In this document: positions 1-12,859 of the stretch, in pieces | Layout: each line of letters begins with the position of its first letter | How positions within the stretch are numbered: position 1 is the first letter of the stretch | Origin: Sminthopsis crassicaudata | Lineage: Eukaryota | Length of the DNA stretch: 64,000 nucleotides | Reading direction: 5' to 3' | Assembly: GCF_048593235.1 (NCBI RefSeq) | Contig: NC_133618.1 | Span: forward strand, 653,182,361-653,246,360 | Translations under genes and position numbers: made by a program | The notes under the pieces: generated by a model | The model's database searches: none | Seen by the model: the letters and a program-made list of their open reading frames with translations, nothing else | Told to the model about the DNA's origin: nothing

Positions 1-420
1 TTTTTCTCTGTTTTGTCTCTTCCTGGTTTAGATATCAGTACCATTTTTGTGTAATAGAAGGAATTTGGCAGGGCTTCATTATCTGTTTTTCCAAATAGTT
101 TACATAAAATTGGAATTAATTGTTCTTTAAATGTTTGGTAGAATTCACTTGTGGAATCCATCTGGCCCTGGAGATTTTTTCTTGGGGAATTCATTAATAG
201 TTTGTTCAATTTATTTTTCCAAAATTAAGCAATTTATTATATTTTATAATTTATTTCCTCTTCTGTTAGTCTGGGCAATTTATATTTTTCTAAATATTCA
301 TCCTATTTGGTTAGATTGCTAGATTTGCTGCCATACAATTAGGCAAAATAGCTCCTAATTATTTATTTTTTTTCAGTGGTGGTAAGTTAACACTTTTCAT
401 TTTTGATGCTGGTGATTTTT
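1..420 (-). mobile_element. LINE-1 ORF2 fragment (linker and start of RT domain)
   Basis: The minus strand translates to [29 protein letters not shown]...[23 protein letters not shown], the conserved L1 ORF2p [22 protein letters not shown] block. It is degraded and runs off the window edge. Confidence 0.92.
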
Positions 421-429
421 TTTTTCCCC

Positions 430-535
430 CTGAGACAATTGGGGTTAAGTGACTTGTCCAAAGTCATGCAGCTAGAAAATGTTAAGTGTTTCTTGCAAGC
501 AACATTTTGCAGGATTCTGTTTTTTAATCCACTCT
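430..535 (-). mobile_element. Core-SINE (MIR/MAR1-like) fragment
   Basis: Contains the core motif ggggttaagtgacttgtccaaagtcatgcagctag. Confidence 0.6.
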
Positions 536-539
536 TCTA

Positions 540-2060
540 TTTGCCTCTTCATGTAATCTATTTTATGCCATTATATCTCCCCTTTCCTCTTCTTCTACAG
601 ACCTTTCCCCACCCTTTAATATCTTTTTTTTGTTATTATCACATCAGTCCATTCACAACCACATCGTCTATCCATGTGATACTCCCCTCTGTTCTAATAG
701 CAGATACAGTTCTCAAGAGTTACTGATATCATTTTCCTATCTAGGGATGTAGACAGTTTAACCTTTAAATAATATATATTCTCCCCCCCCCATTTACTTT
801 TCTATATTTCTCTCAAATCCTATGTTTGCAGATTCAATTTTCTGTTTAGTTCTGGGGTTTTTTTTAATAGTAAAAATTAAAGTTCTTTTCTTCAGTGAAG
901 ATCCTTCATGAACCATGAAAGATGATGCTCAGTCTCATTAAGTAGTTGCTTTTTGGTTGTAACCTTAGGTTCTTTGCCTTCTGGAATGTGGTATTACAGG
1001 TTCTCTGATCCTTTATTGTAGAAGCTGCCAAATCGTGGGAAATTCTGACTATTGCTCCTTGATATTTGAATTGCTTTTATCTGAAGATTGCAGTATTTCT
1101 TCCTTGTAATTGTAATTTTGGAGTTTTGCAATAATGTTCCTTAGAATTTTCTTTGGGGGCTCTCTTTCTGAAGGTGATCTGTGAATTCTTTCAAAGAGTA
1201 TTCCCCACTTGGTTTCTAGAATATTGGCTGTTTTCCTTGATGATCTCTTGAAGAATATTCTCCAGGCTTTTTTTTTTTTAAAGGAATTGCCTTCTTTTTC
1301 CAAATTGTTTACTCTCTTGCATACCTCTCATCCCTTTTTCCCCCATTTTTTCTTCTACCTCTCTTATTTGCCTTTTAAAGTCTTTTATGAGAATTTCCAA
1401 GAAGTCCCTTTGGGTTTGAGACCCATTCATATCACTCTTTAAGATCTCCTCTGTGGACATTTTGTCTTTGTCTGAGTTAGTGTTTTGGTCTTCCCTCTAA
1501 CCATAGTATCTTTCTATGGTCAAGTTTCTTTTCTGTTTCTTGCTTGTTTTTTTTTTTTTTTTTTTTTTTTTTTTTCTTTTCCTTTTTTCTTTTATGGTTT
1601 CACTCTTCTCCTAGGATAAAGGGAGTACTGTCCCAAGCTTCCTGTGTAGTTCTGAGCCTTGTCTTTGAGCACTGGGGCCCCTTGTATTTGTAGGGGGTCG
1701 CTTTGCCTATTCTTTTCAGGAAACAGCCTGGTTTCCCAGAATTTGCCTTTTGAGCTGGGCCTGGAAGTTGCCCCATTAATTTGCTCCTCTAATGAACCAG
1801 GACCAAGGGTCTCAGTGGCTGATTTTCTGTGATTAAGACCCTTTCACTGGCTTTCCCAGAATCTGAACTGAATTGAACACCCTTTTCACCTCAGTGAGAC
1901 TGACCTTTCATAAAGTTTTTTCAATCTATTTTGAGCTGGGGAGTGGTTTCCTTCCATCAAACTCTGTACAGAGGCTTGGTTTCATGTGATTTTGGAGGGA
2001 AACTGAGAGAGTTCAAACAAGTTCCTGGCTTCATTCCACCATCTTGGCTCTACCCTCAGA
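540..2060 (-). mobile_element. LINE-1 5'UTR, ORF1 and inter-ORF spacer (degraded)
   Basis: ORF 1049..1303 contains ERIHRSPSEREPPKKILRNIIAKLQNYNYKEEILQ, the L1 ORF1p RRM/CTD motif. The spacer at 540-830 resembles the spacer at 23070-23640. Confidence 0.85.
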
Positions 2061-2340
2061 ACTCCTCAAAACTCTATTTTTAATATCCAAATAAAAGCCA
2101 CCTCACTTACAATTTGTGAGACACAGCCAAGTCACATTCTCTCTGAGCATCACATACCTCATGTATAAAATGAGAGAAATCAACTCATTCACCTCTAAGG
2201 TCACTTCCAGGTTTAAACTTATGATCCCATTCAGGTTGGCAACTATTAATTAATTCATACTCTCCCTCTACCACCTGCTCACTCTGTGTGGCTGGCGAGG
2301 TTAGAGATTATACACACAGCTATTAGAATCCACTGAAGTC

Positions 2341-3043
2341 GTTTTTTTTTTTTTATTCATTTTTCCAAATTATCCCCTCCCTCCCTCCACTCCCTCTCCC
2401 CGATGGCAGGTAATCCCATACATTTTACATGTGTTACAATATAGCCTAGATACAATATATGTGTGTAAATACCATTTTCTTGTTGCACATTAATTATTAG
2501 CTTCCGAAGGTATAAGTAACCTGGGTAGATAGACAGTAGCGCTAACAATTTACATTCGCTTCCCAGTGTTCCTTCTCTGGGTATAGTTATTTCTGTCCAT
2601 CATTGATCAACTGGAAGTGAGTTGGATCTTCTTTATGTTGAAGATTTCCACTTCCATCAGAATACATCCTCATACAGTATTGTTGTTGAAGTGTATAGTG
2701 ATCTTCTGGTTCTGCTCATTTCACTCAGCATCAGTTGATGTAAGTCTCTCCAAGCCTCTCTGTATTCCTCCCGCTGGTCATTTCTTACAGAGCAATAATA
2801 TTCCATAACCTTCATATACCACAATTTACCCAACCATTCTCCAATTGATGGACATCCATTCAACTTCCAGTTTCTAGCTACAACAAAAAGAGCTGCCACA
2901 AACATTTTGGCACATACAGGTCCCTTTCCACTCTTTAGTATTTCTTTGGGATGTAATCCCAATAACAGCAATGCTGGGTCAAAGGGTATGCACAGTTTGA
3001 CAACTTTTTGGGCATAGTTCCAAATTGCTCTCCAGAATGGCTG
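2341..3043 (-). mobile_element. Young 5'-truncated LINE-1 with perfect 15-bp TSD
   Basis: TSD gaatccactgaagtc at 2326-2340 and 3044-3058, poly(T) from 2342, and an uninterrupted ORF2p C-terminal frame (AIWNYAQK...AWRDLHQLMLSEMSRTRRSLYT). Confidence 0.95.
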
Positions 3044-3559
3044 GAATCCACTGAAGTCTTGAAGCAATTGAAGGTCAAGACTGAGGGTGAGCTCTCCAAG
3101 TAGTGTCCTCCCATTGAATAAGATCGGTGAAAATTTGTTCCATAGCTTTTCTAAGAGGCTTATAGGAAGGATTTTTATTTAGCAGAAACATTTGACTTTT
3201 GGCAAGCTATTAAAGAAGCAATATTTCAACTAAAACATCAGAGCAATATTTATGAAACTGTTTAAATAGCTGAATCCATACTCATGTTATAAATTTTGTC
3301 TAGGCCCTCATCAGATCACAGGTTCACAAAATATTTGGATCCTGGAAAGATAGGCAGGTGGGATCATTCCATTTCAGGATTATGGGCCACTAATATTAAT
3401 GAGATAGAAAATAATGAATTTCTTACATGCACAAATGGAATGAAAATGAAGAAAAATCTTTGTTTTCCTAATGTTTATACATTTTTTGGGGAGGGGAGAT
3501 ACACAGAGACATATACTAAGAAAAACCTTGACCTTGGTGTCAAAACACCTGCTGCTGCA

Positions 3560-3680
3560 GTCTTCACTACATAGGTGACCTTTGGAAATCATTTAATTTC
3601 TCTAGGTTTCAGTTTATTCTTCAGGAAAACACTGCCTAAATAATATCTCAGGTCCCATCCAATTCTAACTCTATGAATCA
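3560..3680 (+). mobile_element. MIR-like SINE fragment
   Basis: Core-like gtgacctttggaaatcatttaatttctctaggtttcagttt followed by a MIR3-like tail. Confidence 0.5.
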
Positions 3681-4649
3681 ATAATCCAGAATCCTACTCC
3701 TGATAAATTATATGATTACAGATAAGTTACTTTTAGAACTTCAGTTAATTCTTTTGTGAAATGGAGAGAATGCTACCTGTACCTTCACAATATCTTCATT
3801 ACTGCAAATTAATGTGGTATCTACTTCGCAGAGTTGTTAGAAATCTCAAAAGAGCTGAAGCTGGCCAAGTGTATTATGTATCTTAAATTGAGAAAGATGG
3901 AACAGCTGTTGCTATTTCTCAGCCCCTATAACTTCACCCCCATTCAATCCTACCTTGCGCAGCTGGTCACATGTTCCTGCTATGTTGCAATATCAGTTTG
4001 ACAAAAGATTGTGTTTTTAAGTTTTCTCAACTCTCCCTGCTGGCTGTGTCCATTTGTCATTACCAGTTTTGGAAACATGGCATGACAGCGATTAAAAGTG
4101 ACACATACCAAAGTAAGAATGTCCTGCAGCCAACTTGGGGGGCTCTACCCCTGTCATCTTGGGCTTCATCAAGCTGGGGGCTCAATGGCCCTGCCTGTGA
4201 CACCTGTCAGAAACTTTTAGATGCCTGCTCCCTTTTTCATCAGGATGCCTCTACAGCCTCACTAGGCAAGCAATGACATTTGGGCCCTGGGTGGAACTCG
4301 CCTGGATCTTCCTTTTATGGCCTCCTCCAGCTGTCAGCCCATGTTTCCCCTCTGCATGTCAGAACTTAGGCCGAACCACCTTGTCATTTAGAAATGTAAC
4401 TAGGCCTGAAAACACCATGGGAGAAGGGAGTGGAGCACATTGTCTTATGGGGAGCTACCCTCCTCTCTCTCACACACATACTCAAACCTATTAAGCCAAG
4501 CCTTCTCTGACCTTTGGGATGGGCCGTTGCATGACATGGACCGATGAACACAGCTAATACACATAAGTTCCTTAAGATTTTTTTCCATTAATTGGAATTT
4601 TTTGGCCTACATATCATCAAAAGTTGTAGAGGAAACATAAGATAGCCAC

Positions 4650-4820
4650 TGATCTTAAGAGTCAGGAGAAGTATATTTTAAATCACGGCTCTTCCATTTA
4701 CAAGCTTAGTGAACCTGGTCAATTCACACAAACTCTTTGAGTTTCCTCATCTATAAAATGAGCATTATTCATAATTGCAGAGTTGTTGGTAAGAAAGCTG
4801 ACCAGCTTTAAGGCATAATA
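4650..4820 (+). mobile_element. MIR-like SINE fragment
   Basis: gagtcaggaga...tttcctcatctataaaatgag core followed by gagttgttgg. Confidence 0.6.
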
Positions 4821-5499
4821 TAAATATGAGCTATTACTAAGTGGGGAATTCTTTGTTTTTGATGATTTTAGCTTAGGAAAATGAGCATTTTAATTTAAAA
4901 ATATGAAATTAAATACATCCATAGTTGATCACATATCCAATGAGTGTCTAACCTAGATTCCTCATAAGGTTACAAAAATGACACTGGCAGGTGGTTCCTT
5001 TCCTTTTCCAAATTTAATTGAAGCCCTTTGTTTCTTTAACAGTCATTTCTAGATTCTAATTCTTTTTTCCCAAACTACCTTTTATTTCCATGAGCCTTTT
5101 CTAGTAACAAAGTTTTTTAAGAAGTTAAAATAATCTAACTCAATAGAGTCAGACAGTGTATGTAACATTCTATACTCATAAACCTCTGCTTTTTCAACAA
5201 AAAGGAGATGTGTTTTCTCATCTCTTTTCTCAGTTATTGAAGGCTATCTTGGGGGAATACAAATTCTGAAAAGGCTCCAAGTACAGGTGAGAGACTATAC
5301 TTTGTGCTTTTTAATCCAAAGTACTAGGAAGTACACGATTAGAATATTGACTACTAGATAAAGTGTGTCCATGCATGGTACCATCCTTCAAGGAATATGG
5401 AAACGAGACTAAAGGACAAAATTAAACCTTGTGAATGTCCTAAAATCTCAGGGATGTGAGAAAAAACTACTTCTAATAGAATGATGACATTTTATGGTT

Positions 5500-6130
5500 T
5501 TTGTCCATTTCTAGATCTTCCAATTGAATGTAAGCTCCCTGAAGGCAAGAGATATTTTTCATTTTGCCTACATTTATCCTCAACATTAATAAATACATTG
5601 CTTGCAATTTAAGTCCACAAGTTTACCTATAAAATTAACTCTGCAATAGACACTGTGTTAAGCACTGAGAATACAGACCAGAAAGACAGTTCCTGCCCTC
5701 AAGAGGTTTATATTCTACAGGGGGAAGACACCACCTAAAAGGAAGCTAAAGTTGGAGTAGAGAAAGTATCTGGCACAAATACCTTCAAATATTAAGGGCA
5801 AAGTAGAGAAGGTCCAGGAGAGTCAGAAGTGCCATTTGGAGAGGAATGGAGAAATTACTGGCCCGGGCATCCTCCTTAAAATGGTTATTATAGGAATAAT
5901 CAAACAAAAGGAAAGATCAACAACAAAGAGAGTTTTTAAAATATATGAAATTTAGGGGGTAGAATAAACTTCAATTCTGAAGAGTTTTCTATGGGATTGT
6001 AGAGAAAGCCTAGAGAATAAGGAGTGAAGTCTAGAGAGGACTGAGTACCCATATTTAATTAGTGCTTACTTAATTGGACTGGATTTTTAACTGACAAGAG
6101 TATAAGAACCAGGCAGCAGACCAAGTGATC
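5500..6130. mobile_element. L2 3'-end fragments (both orientations) plus adjacent marsupial L2-associated sequence
   Basis: gaatgtaagctccctgaaggcaaga (+ strand L2 end) and actgtgttaagcactgagaataca...cctgccctcaagagg (- strand L2 end). Confidence 0.55.
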
Positions 6131-7689
6131 ATTCTTGATCATCCTTTTCCCCCCATTACCTTTAACTAATCGGGCTAGAGTTTTCTCAGCTTTTCCCAGA
6201 GCAACCAAAGAACTTTAGATTTCCCTTATGTTCTGTTTGAATGATTATGGAAAGCCAAACTTACTTCACACACTTAAACTGTGTAATTTGACCCCAGGGC
6301 CCTCCATGCCCATTCAGTTTGCCTCTTTTGGAGTTGGGTCAGGAAGCATTTGGGTCTGGAAGAGTTCCCAGTTTGTCAAAGCTGCAGTATTCTTCCTATT
6401 GTGGCAACAGCAAAAGAAAAAAGCTCATCTCTGAAAAAAGAGTGGCAATTCTATATATTCAGAAGGAACTTTTCACCTTTTTCCATTCTCTTAATGGAAT
6501 CTCATGCCCAACAAAATAGACTAGAGCAAAGCATTCAGCTTGGGTCGACTGCTCAGACATCTTCTTGGACCACAGTCAGCTAAATAGTACCAGGGTGGGT
6601 TTGGCAAAATTTTCAAGTAAATGAATAGAAAAAGAAAGAGTCACTTCTGGGGCATTTTAACCCTTTGAGTCCCAGGTAGTTGTTGCTTTATAGATGAGCA
6701 AAGTAAACTAGTATGAATGATGAAATAAGGAGAACCAGGTTTAGAATCCCAGCATGAGATAGCAGTAAAGATGATGGAGACCTTAGAAACTCTTTAGTGT
6801 ATCCTCATCATTTTACCTATAATGAAATAGAATTAGACAGTTTCCCCAAAGTTTCAAAAGTACCTAATGGCAGAGTTGAGAATCGGTTTAAGTCTAACCA
6901 TTCCCAGCCCAAGGTGTCATTTACTCCATTCCACCTTGTTCCATTTGAAAGTCAAGGTATTTGAGTTTTAGTTTTTTATGATAGCTTTTATTATGTCATA
7001 ATAATTACATAACATATTATATAATATATAATAATTGTCTAGTGAAATAATTGAATTATAATTTTATATATTGGAAGTTTGCAAAATATATTTTACTTCA
7101 TTTGATCTTCACTACAATCTTACAAAAGAGTTCTATTATTATTCTTTTTTTACAAGTGGAGAAATTGAGGCTGGGAGAAGAAGATTAAATGGTTTTCCAG
7201 CAGTGGTACAGATAGTAAATATATGACTGGAAGATCTACATTCTATCTATTGCACCAGCTAAATGCCTAAGACTGACACATGGTTGGGAACTTATGTTGA
7301 CATTTTGGGTCTGCTACTTGCTGTCTATGTGATTCACTTCTCTACCAATATGTGAACTTTCATCTCTTTGTCTATAAAATAAACATAATTGTACTCGTGC
7401 TATCTTAGTTCATAGGATTTAATCTGGAAAAAGTATTATACAAAATGAATTACTAGTTCATTGGGTAGTCTTAGCTTATCAACAATAGCTGGAAATACCC
7501 ATAAAGGAAAAGCCTCTTTTTTGTCTCAGTTTTCTTATTTGTTGAACAAGAAAAAATGAAATCTGTTCTATCTATATCACAGAATATGACTGTTGGTTGG
7601 ATTAAATGAGTTTTTGGACAAAAATACTTTGAAAAGCAATGTCTTTATAGGCAAAATGGATCCTAATGCTAAATAATAGCGATCTTTTT

Positions 7690-7915
7690 TGTTACTGTTA
7701 TTTAATTGTTTGGTCATGTATGACTCTTCATGACCACTTTTGGGGTTTTCTTGGCAAAGATGTTGTAGTGGTTTGCCATTTCCTAGGTTCTTTGGCAAAT
7801 AGGGTTAAATAACATGCTCAGGATCATACCCTTAATAGGTATCTAAGGCCACATTTAAACTCATGAAAATGAATCTTCCTGATTCCAAGCTTATCACTCA
7901 GCACTCTATCCTCCA
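7690..7915 (-). mobile_element. MAR1-like core SINE with RTE-derived tail
   Basis: tgactcttcatgaccacttttggggttttcttggcaaagat...gtggtttgccatttcc is the reverse of the MAR1 RTE tail. Confidence 0.75.
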
Positions 7916-8804
7916 TGCTCCCAACTGATCCTAGCAATCATATTAGCCATCAGATATTCTTAGTAGTCAGAATTGTCTTTGCAAGTACAAAAAAATCTGA
8001 TGTATCCTCAACATAGGGAACTCCTGTTATGGAAACTCTCTTCTCTCTCAACAATTACAAACCATCTATGTTTAGCTTTGTAATTAAATGGTAGAGGTTT
8101 ATATATATATATATATTTTGGTTAAGTGGTTTTTCCCAGACTCACAGAGCTCAAAAGCACCAAAGTACTCTTTCCATTACAACTGTTGTCCCCATCTTTA
8201 CAATTCTTACACATTTTTCTTATAAGTACTCTGAGTAAAATATCTATCCATTGTCTTATCTCTTTTTTCAGCTGACAGAGGTCAGTGAGAATGGATTTTG
8301 GCGAAGGGATAATTAAGAAGACCCCAATAAAAAACCTAGGTAGAAGAGAGGAATTGCCACTTGTGATGGCTTTTTGGTATTTTATTTCATTTTTTCATAG
8401 GTGAGAGGAAGAGGGCCACCAAATGGTTTGACAGTAAAATAGAACATTTGTATCCAGAAATAAAAGGTTCAATCAGGGATCTATGAGGTCAGGTAGGCAA
8501 TCTACAAGCAAGCCAGAATCTGGCATAAAGAATGAAGACACAAAGAAGGGCAATTATAGTTCCCTAACAGCTCATATGAGAAAAACATGTACATAAATAG
8601 GTGCATATAAGAGCAAACAGATGGTAATCTCAGACAGGAAGAAACTAAGAATTGGGGGTGAGGGGGGAAGGGAAGGTCCAGAAAAGCATCCAGTGGAATT
8701 TGAAATGAATATCAGAAAATGCCAGAGAAAATAAAGATTTCAGGGGAAGAAAGCAAGTCAAGTCAACATATATTTATTAAATACTTACTATGTCCTAAGA
8801 ACAG

Positions 8805-9030
8805 GTGGTACAGTGGATTGAGTGCCAGGACTGGAGTCAGGAAAACCCGAGTTCAAATCCAACCTCAAATACTTACTACTGACCCTGAGCAAGTCAGTTA
8901 ATCTTGTTTATCTCAGTTTTCTCATCTGTAAAATAGTGGATAAGGAAATGGCAAACCACTCTAATATCTCTGTCAAGAAAATGTCAAATGGGATCATGAA
9001 GAATCAGATATAACTGAAAAACAACTCCAC
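8805..9030 (+). mobile_element. MAR1-like core SINE, near full length
   Basis: tRNA-like head ggtggtacagtggattgagtgccaggactggagtcaggaa with B-box gagttcaaatcc, a core region, and RTE tail aaggaaatggcaaaccactc. Confidence 0.85.
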
Positions 9031-10749
9031 AAGAATTGTACTAACTGTACAACTGTACTAACAAGCTTTGTAATAGCTACTAGATAGTAGAGAGCTATGG
9101 AGTGTGTAAGGAATGACATAGATAAATCAATGCTTTAGAAAAAAAATCACTTGTCATCTTAAGAAGTATGGATTGGAGTAGGGAGAGGTTTAAGAGATGA
9201 TGATCACTTAGAAAGATATTTATTACAATGTACCAGGCAAGAGGCAATACTTTCATTCTCAACTTAAAAAAAAGTCTGGGAATTAAGAAATAAAAAGTGA
9301 ATACTTAAATAAAAATCAAAGTCAAGGAATCAGCACAATCAGGAAGATTAAACAACCTATCTGAGAACAGAAAGGCAGAATTGTAGCAAGGCAAAATGGC
9401 TAGGATACCAACCTCATTCTCATTCTGCCTCTACCTATGTCAACCTATTAGAGAGATGCTAACCTAGGCTATTGTCCTGGCATTCCATTACTGTTTCTCA
9501 AACCAGTTGGCTAGATTAACAAAATGCAGACCAAGAAGATCTTGTCCTATAAAACAATACAACTCCGGAGAGTCTGATCTACTGGGAACTTGCCTTGTGT
9601 GTTAATATTTGTTCTGCCTTCTATCAGGTTTATTTGTATTTGTGAGCAGACTTTTGTCCATTGGGCTGCACCAGAATTACTGGAGGTCTTGAGACACAAA
9701 ATCATTGAACCCAGTGATGACATGACATTGTGTCATCTCCTCAGCAGCATGTATGGTCTCTACCTCACCCTTTGAAAGCTGCCTTATGCCATAAACTGTG
9801 CAGAGGTCATGGGAACCTTACAGTCAGACATTGTGGGTCCATGACAAGAACTCTGAACTAAAACATGGGTCAGTGTTTATCTTTTCCAAACAGTTTACTC
9901 ATCTCTGCTAACACCCCAAGAGTAATAGTGCTCAAATAACAGGAACTTCACCAAGATAAAAACAAAGTCATGTGGACCAGATATTTCTTTCAATGACCAG
10001 GTGTCTATCCTCAATTCACAGGACCCCATCCAGAGTGTGAAATTCCAAGGCAAAGGAAGTTTGCTTTGGGGCATGATAAGGGCAATTTCCATCCAAAAAT
10101 CTGGGCTTCTAATTCCTCTGGAGATACTCTACAATTCAACAGATTGAATAAGACAGCCTGAGATCTGTATTGAAGAGCTCCCCACATAGGAAACACAGAT
10201 TTCAGTGCCATATCTCTACTATTAACAACTCCTAGGGAATGCAAAGAGATTCCTGTGACAAGTCACTTGACTTACTGACAACTACCAGTGATTATTGAAA
10301 CTAACAATAGAGCTGTCATAGTGAATTATTAGCAAATTTTAAGAAAATAATTAATAGTTTCTCAGTCATGGAATAGTAAAATCTAAAGTCTGGAAGGGAT
10401 GTTGGAAGGCCATCCATGAGACTTCTTCATTTTAAGATGAGAAAACTGAAGTCCAGAGAAGATAAATTACTTGACTAAAAAGATGCTCCTTTTACTTCTC
10501 TCCTTACTGAGTTGTCTTGTGGATGTTTTGTGACCCTGCAAAGGCAGGTTTTCTGCTTCAAAATGACTTATGTTGATTTTAGTGTGAATATTAGACCACT
10601 TATTTGATACTAATCATGATAGGCACTGGTACTTCATAAAGTCTTCTAGTATTTTGTCTTTTTTTCCTACAGAGCACAAATAATACTGATCATGGTCTTT
10701 CTTGGATCTCTTTGGGGATATTGACTAGTAATAGAAATGGCAAAAATAG

Positions 10750-11050
10750 TATTTGTGTAAATTGGATTTAAGTGAGGCAGAAGACTTCAGTCTCACTCTC
10801 TCTTTTAGGGCCACCACCATTGTCCAGTGGCAAGACAGAGTCACAACCACTGCTGATGGCTAAAGATGCAGTTGATCTCCTTGGTCAGTGTCTAAGTGAG
10901 CCCTAAACGACCCACAACACCTGCTTCATATACTTTCATAGTCATTGGAACAAATTGTTTTCATCTGTACATCCCCCCCTCCCCGTGCCTGGGGAAGACA
11001 TCCCCCAACTCACTTTAGAGTATAAAACCCTTTGATACCTTCAACCTGTA
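10750..11050 (-). mobile_element. RTE-related SINE (WALLSI/RTESINE-like) fragment
   Basis: aattggatttaagtgaggc...cagtctcactctc...ccagtggcaagac...cattggaacaaattgtt...ggggaagacatccccc matches the remembered marsupial RTE-SINE consensus. Confidence 0.6.
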
Positions 11051-12489
11051 GTATCACTGGTCAAAAGGGTTTTTACTGCTGAAGTGAATGAATCTTAGAT
11101 GCAGACATAACAATTCTGGAGCTGTTCACTGCAACTAGTCCTACTTTGAAGGCTCTACTTTCACTCACTTCAGAGAATATTATTATTAAATAATTAATAG
11201 ATAATAAATAATTAAATATTAATAGATATTTAAATACATTAATTCTGAGTTCACACTGCACGTAGTGCTGGTGCACAATTGTCAAGATTGGCCCATATTT
11301 TGTGATGTTCATAGAATGGTGTCTGAGACATTATGGGAAAATATCTAGATAAGATTCTGTATGCTTTGCCATCATCTTCTTAACTGTAGTAGTCAGGGAT
11401 TTCATTCCTTTTTCCTTTCTGCATATATTGTATGGTGTGGCCCTGAGTGCTGATTTTCTGGGAGAATGCAATCAAAAGCTCAATGGCTTGTCTAGACACT
11501 CCTAACTATATCTACATATAATCCATACAAAAGCTCTGTGCTGCTCAAGATTAAGGACATAGTAAGTCAAAGAGGTGATGATATATCCTGAAGCTATACC
11601 CAAGGAGCCATATATCTAAGAAATACTGCCCAACTGTAGGCTTCTCATTTGAGAATTCCTTGTAAAACACAAAAGCATAGTAATTCTGCCAAATTTCTTT
11701 TTTCCTCCCCATATTTTAGGGTATTTCAATAGTATTGGTGCAATTTTAAAATGCTTAAACTTAGTATATGAACATAATTAACAACACACCCACCCAGCAT
11801 CACACTAATAATAATCTTTTAATAATTAAAACTTACATTTGTAAACTGGTTTGATAAGAACTTTACTACTAGGAATTCTGGGAAGTAAGTTCTACAAGAA
11901 TATTATCTTCATTTTACTAATGAAGAAAATAAGACCTAGTGAAATTAAATGACTTGATCGCGGTCCCTTAAATAGTAAAGCTCTGAATCCAGTTCTTCTA
12001 ATTCTGAGATCTGTCCACTTCACTATTTTGTCCAATTAATGAGCTCGAGTCTTTGAGTTTGGCTTAGTAATGAGCGACTCTCTTATGAAATAAGTCTCTT
12101 ATGAAACTCTATCCATGCATCACATCTTTAGAAGAGTAAGTGACCCATAGAACCAGTGGGATAATGACTAAAGCCATCAAAAAACAAAACAAAACAAAAA
12201 ACAAAGATTGATTAGATAATGGAGATGATAATCAAAAGAACAAATCAAAGAATATTTAAGGAAAAAACAAATTTTAAGACTATATGCAAATATTAGAAAG
12301 TATTAGAGATATTCTGTGCCCAGACTTTCAAGGTTGATTAGGAAATAATATATACTGTAGACTAGTATTTGAGATAGATAAAAGAAAATAACAAACAACA
12401 CTAGAGGAATTGTATAAACAATAAGGTGATAGATATGATGTTCCTCTTGGATCGCTCCTTAATTGACTATTAAGTGTAAACTAGAAAAC

Positions 12490-12700
12490 CAAGTAGGCAA
12501 AGGTCCCTGGAATTAGAGTAAAGAAGATGATGAGTTCAACTCCTGCTTCAGACTTTGTTCTTTAAGCCTCAATTTTCTCATTTGTAAAATCAGGATCACA
12601 ATAATACCTAATTTTATAGGATTGCTGTGAGGATTAAATGAGACAAAAGATATATAAAATTTTGCAGACTTCAAGGCATTATATAAGTACCTTCTGTTAT
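12490..12700 (+). mobile_element. MIR SINE
   Basis: gagttcaactcc...ttttctcatttgtaaaat...ggattgctgtgaggattaaatgaga. Confidence 0.75.
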
Positions 12701-12842
12701 CCTCATCCTCATTACCATCATCATCATCTTCTTCATCACCATAATCATCTTGATGATCATTTCCTTCCTCCTCTTCACTATATTCATTTTTTGTCACCAT
12801 CATACTTATTCTCCTCCTTCTCATCACCATCATCATCATAAT
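12700..12842. repeat. Degenerate (CAT/CAC/CTT)n triplet tract
   Basis: Directly visible. It accounts for the His-rich and Asp/Glu/Met-rich spurious ORFs. Confidence 0.85.
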
Positions 12843-12859
12843 TAAAGTGAATTTTGACC

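Noticed and set aside
9590-9775. ORF containing WAAPELL, reminiscent of kinase subdomain VIII
   Set aside because: No DFG, HRD or DxWSxG motifs in any nearby frame and no exon structure. Likely chance.
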